64,000 nt of DNA. Source: an uncultured Gammaproteobacteria bacterium (GTDB lineage: Bacteria; Pseudomonadota; Gammaproteobacteria; CAKMZV01). The notes beneath the pieces were generated by a model. The model saw nothing but the letters and a program-made list of their open reading frames with translations. It had not been told where the DNA came from and did not search any database. Location: assembly GCA_929200535.1 (NCBI GenBank), contig CAKMZV010000004.1:40654-104653 (forward strand). Reading direction: 5' to 3'. Positions within the stretch are counted from its first letter, which is position 1. Each line of letters starts with the position of its first letter. This document shows, piece after piece, positions 32,003 to 40,233 of this stretch. The translations under genes were made by a program, and so were the position numbers.

Positions 32003-32407
32003 ATGAAAAAAACTATTATATACAGTGCTGTGCTTTTAATGTTATCGATATTTCAACATACCTATGCTGCTGAGGTAAAAGTATTGGCTAAAAGAACTTC
32101 AAGTTGGAATGGGGCAACTTTGCCTGATTATCCTCGAGGCACCCCAGAAGTGACTATATTAAGAATTACAGTTGCTCCTGGTGAAAAATTGCCTATGCAT
32201 AACCATCCGGTAATCAATGCGGGTGTTTTACTTACAGGTGAATTAATTGTCACTACCAAGAGCGGAAAACGTTTAGAACTTAAAGCAGGGGACTCAATTG
32301 TGGAAGTAGTCGAAACTTGGCACTACGGTCAAAACCCTGGTGATCAGCCTGCCGATATAATTGTTTTTTATGCTGGTATTAAAGATAAACCAGTTACCGT
32401 AAAATAA
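32003..32407 (+). CDS. secreted cupin-domain protein
   Basis: Signal peptide, then a cupin-like His-containing motif (MHNHPVINAGVLLTGEL). Confidence 0.5.
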   Translation: MKKTIIYSAVLLMLSIFQHTYAAEVKVLAKRTSSWNGATLPDYPRGTPEVTILRITVAPGEKLPMHNHPVINAGVLLTGELIVTTKSGKRLELKAGDSIVEVVETWHYGQNPGDQPADIIVFYAGIKDKPVTVK

Positions 32408-32422
32408 ACTACATTAATTCAA

Positions 32423-33286
32423 GTGAAACTTAAATTATCTTCTCAAGAACCAATTGATGCTTGTATTCGTAAAGCTGTAGCTCCAGTAATATGCTATCCT
32501 CCCAATAAGAGCATAGCTGCCCCAATGGATGATTACAATCTATGGCGGCAGTCAATAGAGCTTATTGATGAAATAATTGTGCCTCCAAGAGAAGCAAAAA
32601 TTTTCACAGTTGATGCAGGATATTTTTTTCGCATTTCCTGTGTGGATGGACCACAAGTTGGGGATTTAAATTTATGGTCAAAAAATAACTTAAATGAGCA
32701 TTTCTATAGCGGAAAAACGCGCGCTTTATACGGCACACATTTAAGTATTGGAGACCGTTTATTTAGTTGTTTTCCTTATTTGCGTCCATTAGCCACCATT
32801 ACCTACGATACATTAGATTGGTATGGTTATGATGCAGATGGAGGCAGTGTGCATGATGTTATTGGCACTCGCTGTGATCCCTATACGCATTTTTTACTTT
32901 CAGCTGATGAGTATCATCATTGTTGCCATTCTAATCTAACTCGAGCTTTGCAAAAATATACGGCATTATCTATGGAAGAGGCAGAAGAAAAAATACACGA
33001 TGTACTGAATGTTTTTATGTGTACTGGTTTTACTAAAGATACTCATCAATACTTTATGAAAGCAAGCCCTGTTCGTCAAGGTGATTTTTTAGAGTTTTTT
33101 GCTGAAATTGACTTAATAGGAGGATTATCAGCTTGCCCTGGTGGAGATTGTGGAAGCGAGCATTCAAGTGATGTGGCATTATGTTATCCATTAAAAGTCG
33201 AAATTTATAAACCTATGCAATCTCTTGTAAACTGGCAATCTCCAGCACCTTCATCTTATTCTCGCAATCACAGGCAACAATGTTAA
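32423..33286 (+). CDS. DUF1989-like (urea-carboxylase-associated family) protein, tentative
   Basis: Cys/His-rich conserved blocks (GTRCDPYTHF, HHCCHSNL). GTG start in track. Real start may be the downstream ATG near 32525. Confidence 0.35.
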   Translation: MKLKLSSQEPIDACIRKAVAPVICYPPNKSIAAPMDDYNLWRQSIELIDEIIVPPREAKIFTVDAGYFFRISCVDGPQVGDLNLWSKNNLNEHFYSGKTRALYGTHLSIGDRLFSCFPYLRPLATITYDTLDWYGYDADGGSVHDVIGTRCDPYTHFLLSADEYHHCCHSNLTRALQKYTALSMEEAEEKIHDVLNVFMCTGFTKDTHQYFMKASPVRQGDFLEFFAEIDLIGGLSACPGGDCGSEHSSDVALCYPLKVEIYKPMQSLVNWQSPAPSSYSRNHRQQC

Positions 33287-33834
33287 AACGACTTCCGATT
33301 TATATTACTTGGTTTAGGGTATTTTTAATTCCTCTTCTACTCTATGCTTTTTTTTCAGATTGGGAATCCGCTAATTGGATTGGTTTTTATATTTTTTTAA
33401 TTGCTGGTTTGTCAGATGGTTTAGATGGTTGGCTTGCAAGAGTCTTTGATGGAAGCTCTGAATTTGGTGCTTTCTTTGATCCTGTTGCAGATAAACTAAT
33501 GGTGAGTGTTGCAATGATATTACTTTGCCTGCAATATCAAAGTGTGTGGATAACCGTGGCATGTGCAGTGATTATAGGTAGAGAGATTGTTATATCTGCA
33601 TTGCGAGAGTGGAATGCAAAACGAGGATTATCGGAGCAAAGCTCTGTTTCTATTTGGGGAAAATTAAAAACGCTTGCCCAATTTTTTGCGATTAGCTTTT
33701 TACTAATTGGCGAACAAGTTGGGTTTATCAATACAGTGCTAATTGGAAATATACTATTATCAATTGCTGTTTTTTTAACGCTGTTTTCTATGGTACATTA
33801 TTTCTTTCTCACTTTACAAAAAACAAAAAAATAG
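33280..33834 (+). CDS. pgsA: CDP-diacylglycerol--glycerol-3-phosphate 3-phosphatidyltransferase
   Basis: CDP-alcohol phosphatidyltransferase motif (DGLDGWLAR...GAFFDPVADK). Multi-TM. 184 aa. Confidence 0.8.
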   Translation: MLKRLPIYITWFRVFLIPLLLYAFFSDWESANWIGFYIFLIAGLSDGLDGWLARVFDGSSEFGAFFDPVADKLMVSVAMILLCLQYQSVWITVACAVIIGREIVISALREWNAKRGLSEQSSVSIWGKLKTLAQFFAISFLLIGEQVGFINTVLIGNILLSIAVFLTLFSMVHYFFLTLQKTKK

Positions 33835-33875
33835 ACTCAAAACATTTATTGTTTATCTATTCATTGTAAAGGTCT

Positions 33876-33898
33876 CATACTTTAAGAGTATGCTTTTT
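33876..33898 (+). terminator. weak candidate terminator after pgsA
   Basis: CATACT-TTAAG-AGTATG hairpin followed by CTTTTT. AT-rich 6-bp stem. Overlaps a short MITE-end-like fragment (TGTAAAGGTCTCA). Confidence 0.3.
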
Positions 33899-34170
33899 AG
33901 ATGATAAATTGATCATTTTTGATACCCACATATTTTTGTTTATACAGTAATTTATTTATACAGTAGCATTATAATTTAGTTATATTTTAAAAAAATTATT
34001 GACTGTTAGTTATCTATTTTTCTAAAAATAACCTTGTATATCACCTCTGCTACATTATATTGATTTTAAAACAGAGCTCAAACTAAAGTGTGTTTGTGTT
34101 TTGTGTAGTGTTTAAGTCAATAAATTGGTGCTGGTTGGGCAAAATGATACACAATAAATTGAGTTTCTAA

Positions 34171-34199
34171 CTTTTGCCATACTTTTATGCAAAGGTCTC
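34171..34199. repeat. partial MITE right-arm fragment (copy G)
   Basis: CTTTTGCCATACTTTTATGCAAAGGTCTC is identical to the 3' arm of the full copies. Confidence 0.6.
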
Positions 34200-34241
34200 A
34201 GTATCTCAAAAATGATAAAAATAGTAAGATAATTAAATATA

Positions 34242-34904
34242 ATGAGAACTAAAGTTGTTGCCGGATTGTTATTTTGGATTCCCGTTGGGGGGACTGTTCT
34301 AATCATCAATTTTCTTTTTGATTTATTTGATGGATTGTGGATTTTAGTGCCTTATGAGTATCAACCAGAGCAGCTTTTGGGTTATCAAGTTCCCGGTTTG
34401 AGTTTTTTCTTGTCTGTTATCGTTATTTATCTTACAGGGCATTTGGTTTCTAATTATTTCGGCAATCAATTTATTTCTCTGTGGGATAAATTGCTCAATA
34501 AAATTCCGGGTATTCGTCTTTTTTATCGTAGCATTAAACAAATGACGGAGGCTATTTTTGTTTCGGGGGAAACCAGTTTTCAGAAAGTTTTTCTTGTTGA
34601 ATACCCTCGTAAAGGCTTATGGACTGTGGCGTTTGAAACGAGTAGCTTGCAGGGTGAACCTCATGGTCATATTATGAATAAAGAGGGGGAGAGTGTATCA
34701 AAGGATAAGAACAATCCAGCTTATGTAAATTTATTTGTTCCGACTACTCCTAATCCTACTTCGGGTTACTTTGTGGTTACACATCGTTCGAGTTTGGTGG
34801 AGTTACAAATGAGTGTTGATGATGCACTTAAAATGATTGTTTCAGGTGGAATATTTGTTCCCAAAACTCCTAACCAAGAGATACCAAATAGCGGTAGTCA
34901 TTAG
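34242..34904 (+). CDS. DUF502 family membrane protein
   Basis: N-terminal FWIPVGGT motif and two TM helices, typical of DUF502. Confidence 0.55.
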   Translation: MRTKVVAGLLFWIPVGGTVLIINFLFDLFDGLWILVPYEYQPEQLLGYQVPGLSFFLSVIVIYLTGHLVSNYFGNQFISLWDKLLNKIPGIRLFYRSIKQMTEAIFVSGETSFQKVFLVEYPRKGLWTVAFETSSLQGEPHGHIMNKEGESVSKDKNNPAYVNLFVPTTPNPTSGYFVVTHRSSLVELQMSVDDALKMIVSGGIFVPKTPNQEIPNSGSH

Positions 34905-34925
34905 GATTTATAGTAAAAAAAATTT

Positions 34926-36689
34926 ATGCGTACAAATTATTGCGGAGAAGTAAACTCAACATTTATTTCTAAAAAAATTCAGCTATGTGGCTGGGCATCA
35001 ACCTGTCGAGATCATGGTGGGGTTATTTTTATTGATTTACGAGATAGTAAAGGGATTTGCCAAGTGGTTGTTGATCCAGATACGGCAGAGATTTTTGCTA
35101 TTGCAGAGCGTCTGCGGACAGAATCAGTATTGTGGATTGAGGGGGTAGTGCGTGAACGTCCAGAAGGAACCATTAATAGCGATCTTGAATCAGGAGAAAT
35201 TGAAGTATTAGCAAAAGATTTAAAATTGCTTAACCTTGCGGATGCTTTACCTTTTCAGCTAACAGATGCAGTGAATGAGGATGTTCGCTTGCGTTATCGC
35301 TATTTGGATTTGCGTAGAGAGCAAATGCAACGCAATATTATATTGCGTAGTCAAGTCATTCAACAGATGAGGCAATTTTTACAAAATAAAGAATTTCTTG
35401 AAATTGAAACGCCTTTTCTTACCCGTTCAACCCCAGAAGGGGCAAGAGATTATGTTGTGCCAAGTCGTGTTCATAGTGGACAATTTTTTGCACTTCCTCA
35501 ATCGCCACAATTGTTTAAACAGCTACTGATGGTTGGCGGTATGGAAAAATATTTTCAGGTTGTACGTTGCTTTCGTGATGAGGATTTACGAGCTGATCGC
35601 CAACCAGAATTTACCCAGTTAGACATTGAGGTTTCCTTTTTTACGCAGGATGATTTTATGTGTTTGATGGAGGGAATGGTGCGCGAGGTTTTTGCTAGCG
35701 TACTTTCGATTGACTTGCCTAAAAAATTACCAGTAATCTCTTATGCAGAGAGTATGCGACGTTTTGGTACAGATCGTCCGGATTTACGAATTCCGCTTGA
35801 GTTAGTTGATGTGGGTGATTTATTTGTAGAAACTGATTTTAAGGTTTTTGCTAATGTAGCTAAAGACCCTAAAGGTCGTATTGCAGCAATGAATGTCCCT
35901 CAAGGTGGAAAAATTTCTCGTAAGGAAATCGATGATTACACCAACTTTGTGGGTAAGTATGGAGCTAAAGGATTAGCCTATATCAAGATAAATAATTTAT
36001 CACAAGGGCTTGAGGGTTTGCAATCACCAATTATTAAATTTTTTCCTGACGTTGCTCTATCTATTGTTGAGCGAGTTGGGGGAAAAGATGGGGATTTGAT
36101 TTTCTTTGGTGCTGCCCATCATCAAATTGTTAATAATTCCCTTGGAGCATTGAGGGTACAGATTGGCAAAGATTTATCACTAATGACTACTGATTGGGAA
36201 GTTTTATGGGTGAATGATTTTCCAATGTTTGAAGTGGATGATAAAACAGGAGAGTATTCTGCTCTTCATCATCCCTTTACAGCACCTGCTGGAGGGGTTG
36301 AAGAATTGAATGATAATCCCCAAATACTTTCACAGGCGTATGATATGGTAATTAATGGCTATGAAGTGGGAGGTGGTTCAGTGCGTATTCATCAGCCACA
36401 AATGCAATTTGCTGTATTAGAAAAGCTGGGTATTAACAGTGAGTTGGCACAAGAGCAATTTGGTTTTTTAATTGATGCCTTGCGATATGGGGCACCCCCT
36501 CATTGTGGTATGGCATTTGGTATTGATCGGTTGCTTATGTTGCTTGCTGGAGCAGAAAGTATAAGAGATGTGATTGCCTTCCCTAAAACGCAATCAGCTA
36601 ATTGCCTTCTAACAAATGCACCAGCTACAATTGAAGATAAGCAATTATTAGATTTGCATATTGCAACAACAGTTGAACGTGATATTTAG
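34926..36689 (+). CDS. aspS: aspartate--tRNA ligase
   Basis: Class II aaRS motifs (FRDEDLRADRQPEFTQLD; GAPPHCGMAFGIDRLLMLL). 587 aa. Confidence 0.9.
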   Translation: MRTNYCGEVNSTFISKKIQLCGWASTCRDHGGVIFIDLRDSKGICQVVVDPDTAEIFAIAERLRTESVLWIEGVVRERPEGTINSDLESGEIEVLAKDLKLLNLADALPFQLTDAVNEDVRLRYRYLDLRREQMQRNIILRSQVIQQMRQFLQNKEFLEIETPFLTRSTPEGARDYVVPSRVHSGQFFALPQSPQLFKQLLMVGGMEKYFQVVRCFRDEDLRADRQPEFTQLDIEVSFFTQDDFMCLMEGMVREVFASVLSIDLPKKLPVISYAESMRRFGTDRPDLRIPLELVDVGDLFVETDFKVFANVAKDPKGRIAAMNVPQGGKISRKEIDDYTNFVGKYGAKGLAYIKINNLSQGLEGLQSPIIKFFPDVALSIVERVGGKDGDLIFFGAAHHQIVNNSLGALRVQIGKDLSLMTTDWEVLWVNDFPMFEVDDKTGEYSALHHPFTAPAGGVEELNDNPQILSQAYDMVINGYEVGGGSVRIHQPQMQFAVLEKLGINSELAQEQFGFLIDALRYGAPPHCGMAFGIDRLLMLLAGAESIRDVIAFPKTQSANCLLTNAPATIEDKQLLDLHIATTVERDI

Positions 36690-36784
36690 ATTTTTGTAGA
36701 GTTTGATTGTTTTCACTCTTCTATATAGGAACGAGAAGGTGAGTTAACAATTATTAAACATAAAAACATAAAAGGAGTATTATT

Positions 36785-37687
36785 ATGATGTTAAGAAGAA
36801 TTGGTTTTTTTATAGTAGTGAATTTGGCTATTCTTGTCATATTGAGCCTTTCACTGACGGTATTGCAGTCTTTAGGAATTGATACGACTCTTACGGGTGG
36901 TTATAGCGATAGCTACCATACTGTTGGTTTGATTAGTGCTTTGTTATTTGGTATGGGTGGTGCTTTTATTTCATTATGGATGTCCAAATGGATAGCTAAG
37001 CGAATGATGGGCGTGCAAGTATTCGATGCTAGCGTTAGTGATGCTAAAGCAAAGTGGATTTATAATACCGTTGCTAAGCAAGCGAAAGAAGCACATATAA
37101 AAATGCCAGAAGTAGGTATTTTTCAAAATCATTCACCAAATGCTTTTGCGACTGGTTCATCCAGAAATAACTCCCTTGTTGCGGTAAGTTCTGGTTTGCT
37201 TGATACGATGAGTGATCATGAAGTAGAGGCAGTGTTAGCCCATGAAGTAGCTCACGTAGCGAATGGTGATATGGTAACAATGGCATTAATTCAAGGAATT
37301 ATCAATACCTTTGTGATTATCCTGGCTCGTGTTGCGGGTACGTTTATCGATCGTGTCATTTTCAAGAATGAGAACGGTATTGGAATGGGGTACTATATTG
37401 GCTATATTATTTCTTCAATTGTATTAACTATTATGGCAACTCCAATTGTGATGTGGTTTTCTCGTAAGCGTGAATTTAAAGCCGATGCTGGTGCGGCTTA
37501 CTTAGTTGGTAAGGATAAAATGATTGCCGCTTTAGAGCGTTTAAGAACGGCGATAGAACAAGATCGTGTAGAAGCCTTGCCTGATGAAATGGCAGCTTTT
37601 GGTATTGCTAACAAAGGAGCTTGGTCTCGCTTGTTTAGCTCCCATCCTCCAATTGAAGAGAGAATTGAGGCACTGAGAAAACTATAA
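36785..37687 (+). CDS. htpX: protease HtpX (M48 family)
   Basis: HEVAHVANGD zinc motif. Four TM segments. About 300 aa. Confidence 0.85.
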   Translation: MMLRRIGFFIVVNLAILVILSLSLTVLQSLGIDTTLTGGYSDSYHTVGLISALLFGMGGAFISLWMSKWIAKRMMGVQVFDASVSDAKAKWIYNTVAKQAKEAHIKMPEVGIFQNHSPNAFATGSSRNNSLVAVSSGLLDTMSDHEVEAVLAHEVAHVANGDMVTMALIQGIINTFVIILARVAGTFIDRVIFKNENGIGMGYYIGYIISSIVLTIMATPIVMWFSRKREFKADAGAAYLVGKDKMIAALERLRTAIEQDRVEALPDEMAAFGIANKGAWSRLFSSHPPIEERIEALRKL

Positions 37688-37712
37688 GCAACAATTCATA
37701 ACTTCAACAAGA

Positions 37713-38696
37713 ATGGTTTTTGAGCAGTTTGCTCAGCGAGCAGTTTATTTTAGCAAGCATTTTGGGCAGTTGCCCAGAGTACTCGTTTTATATGGAGGAG
37801 AGACCAATGAAAGAGAAGTTTCCATTCAAAGTGGTAAAGCCGTAGTAAAAGGTTTAAAAGAAGGAAAAGCTGAGGTTATAGAATATGAAGTAAGCAGTTG
37901 GGAAGAGTTGCTTGCAGAGCTTCCCAAACTCAAGTATGATGTGGATGTAGTCTTTAACTTGATTCACGGTGGCAAGGGTGAAGATGGCTCTTTACACGCC
38001 TTATTAGATATGCTAAAAATCCCCTATGTTGGTAGCAATCAAGTGGCTTCAGCTTTGGCAATGCACAAAGAGTACTGTAAATTTATTTGGAGTGCTCTTG
38101 GTTTGAATATTCCAAGCTATTGTTTAGTTAGTTCGGATAGAGATAAGTGCAAACCCAAAAAAGAGGATTATCCTCTTATCGTTAAGCCAGCAAATGAAGG
38201 CTCAAGCAATGGCATTACTAAGGTAACGAATGAAGCACAGCTTAATCAAGCCGTTATAAAAGCTCTTCGTTTTAGCGATAAAGTATTGATTGAACAGTTT
38301 ATTGAAGGGAGGGAAATAACCGTTTCGATAATTGATGGTGAGGCTTTTACGCCTATTGAAATTATTCCAGTAAACGAGGTTTATGATTATCATGCAAAAT
38401 ATGTTGCAAATGATACACAGTTCTTTTGCCCTCCAAAAAATATTCCTGAAAATCAATTTTCAATACTTTATGAGCAAGCAAAATTAGCGTATAGTTCAAT
38501 AGGTGCAAGGCATTGGGGCAGGGTGGATTTCATAGTTGATAGTCAAGGAATACCTTGGATTCTTGAAGTTAATCTTATACCGGGTATGACCTCTCATAGT
38601 TTGGTGCCGCAGGCAGCAGCCGAACAAGGAATGACTTTTTCACAATTGGTTTGTGGCTTGGTATCTTTAGCAAATTATAAATTAGAATACAAATGA
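37713..38696 (+). CDS. ddl: D-alanine--D-alanine ligase
   Basis: ATP-grasp layout (LIHGGKGEDGSLHALLDMLKIPYVGS; C-terminal EVNLIPGMTSHSLVP). Confidence 0.85.
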   Translation: MVFEQFAQRAVYFSKHFGQLPRVLVLYGGETNEREVSIQSGKAVVKGLKEGKAEVIEYEVSSWEELLAELPKLKYDVDVVFNLIHGGKGEDGSLHALLDMLKIPYVGSNQVASALAMHKEYCKFIWSALGLNIPSYCLVSSDRDKCKPKKEDYPLIVKPANEGSSNGITKVTNEAQLNQAVIKALRFSDKVLIEQFIEGREITVSIIDGEAFTPIEIIPVNEVYDYHAKYVANDTQFFCPPKNIPENQFSILYEQAKLAYSSIGARHWGRVDFIVDSQGIPWILEVNLIPGMTSHSLVPQAAAEQGMTFSQLVCGLVSLANYKLEYK

Positions 38697-39145
38697 AAGC
38701 TCTTTTTGGTGCAGGTTGTTTTTGGGGAGTGCAAGAGAAGTTTCAAAATCTTGAGGGTGTTATGGATACTCAAGTAGGTTATGCTGGTGGAAACACAGAA
38801 AACCCAACTTATCAAGAAGTGTGTACAGGAGCAACGAATCATGCTGAAGTGTGTTTGGTTGAGTTTGATGAAAATAAAATATCATACGATCAACTACTTG
38901 CCTATTTTTTTCAAATACACAATCCAACCACCTTGAATCAGCAAGGTTATGATATTGGCTCGCAGTATCGTTCTGTCATTTATTATGTTGATGAAACACA
39001 GCACCAAAGTGCTTTACAAACAAAAGAAAATTTAATTAAGCAAGGCACTCAAGTGGTTACCGAAATTTCACCGTTACCCTATTTTTGGAAGGCAGAATTG
39101 TATCATCAACATTATATTAAAAAATCAAGAGGGAATTACACTTGA
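38693..39145 (+). CDS. msrA: peptide methionine sulfoxide reductase MsrA
   Basis: GCFWG active-site motif at the N-terminus. 150 aa. Confidence 0.9.
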   Translation: MKALFGAGCFWGVQEKFQNLEGVMDTQVGYAGGNTENPTYQEVCTGATNHAEVCLVEFDENKISYDQLLAYFFQIHNPTTLNQQGYDIGSQYRSVIYYVDETQHQSALQTKENLIKQGTQVVTEISPLPYFWKAELYHQHYIKKSRGNYT

Positions 39146-39267
39146 TTTTTTAATATGAGGGCATAGATTTACTTTCAGGTAAGCATCATCCATTTTATTT
39201 TTTAATAGAGGTAGCCTTATAACTATGAGCGGCTCTTTTTAATTGATTACAACAGGAGATTTTTAAT

Positions 39268-40233
39268 ATGATTGAAGTTAGTGGTTTAGTGCGTACATAT
39301 GGCGATTTTATTGCTGTTGATGGCGTGAATTTTTCCATTCAAGCGGGGGAAATCGTTGGACTATTGGGGCATAATGGGGCTGGCAAAAGCACAGTGATGA
39401 AAATGCTTAGTGGTCATCTTGAGGCAACTGAGGGGAGTATTTTGGTTGATGGTGAGGATATTGCTACACAGCGTCAGTCAGTGCAGAAAAAAATTGGTTA
39501 TTTGCCAGAGAATCTTCCTTTATACTCCGAACTTTCAGTGATTGATTATTTGCATTATGTGGGTCGCTTACGCTCGCTTAGCGGTAATGAGTTATATGAA
39601 AACATCAGTAATGCTGTTGAGGCAACTGATTTAAGTGAGAAATTAGAGGCAGGTATTCATACGCTTTCTCGCGGTTTTAAACAGCGTGTTGCTGTTGCCC
39701 AAGCTATTTTGGGTAATCCCAAGGTGCTTATTTTGGATGAACCGACTAATGGCTTAGATCCAACACAAACGCAACATATGCGCAACCTAATTACCAGATT
39801 ATCAAATAATACAACCATTATTCTTTCTACGCATATTATGCAAGAAGTTGATGCTATTTGTGATCGTGCGTTGATTATGACTCAAGGTCAGGTTGCATTA
39901 GATTCTAATTTACAAGATTTACAACAAGGAAACCAATTGACTTTGCACACCACTATGGATGAAAAACAAGTTAAAAAAATGGTGAGTGAAATTGGGGAAA
40001 TTACCAATATGGATTTATTATCTCATCAAGAGAAATCATCATCATATCAATATAAATTAACGCTTAAAGATAAGGGGTCGAGTGCTGACGCATGTGCCAA
40101 AGTTGCCAAGTCAGTGATTGATGGAGGCTTTGCTCTTTACCAGTTACATATTGAAAAACAAGATTTAGAAACAATTTTTAGGCAAGTTAATTCAAGTCAA
40201 CACGCTACCAAGGAGGTTAAAAATGTTGCTTAG
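39268..40233 (+). CDS. ABC transporter ATP-binding protein (GldA/ABC-2 type)
   Basis: Walker A GHNGAGKST, signature LSRGFKQRVAVAQAI, Walker B LILDEPTNGLD. Confidence 0.8.
   Translation: MIEVSGLVRTYGDFIAVDGVNFSIQAGEIVGLLGHNGAGKSTVMKMLSGHLEATEGSILVDGEDIATQRQSVQKKIGYLPENLPLYSELSVIDYLHYVGRLRSLSGNELYENISNAVEATDLSEKLEAGIHTLSRGFKQRVAVAQAILGNPKVLILDEPTNGLDPTQTQHMRNLITRLSNNTTIILSTHIMQEVDAICDRALIMTQGQVALDSNLQDLQQGNQLTLHTTMDEKQVKKMVSEIGEITNMDLLSHQEKSSSYQYKLTLKDKGSSADACAKVAKSVIDGGFALYQLHIEKQDLETIFRQVNSSQHATKEVKNVA

Noticed and set aside
34112-34309. 65-aa minus-strand ORF overlapping MITE fragment and DUF502 start
   Set aside because: It overlaps the start of a better-supported gene and a repeat remnant. 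No motif.
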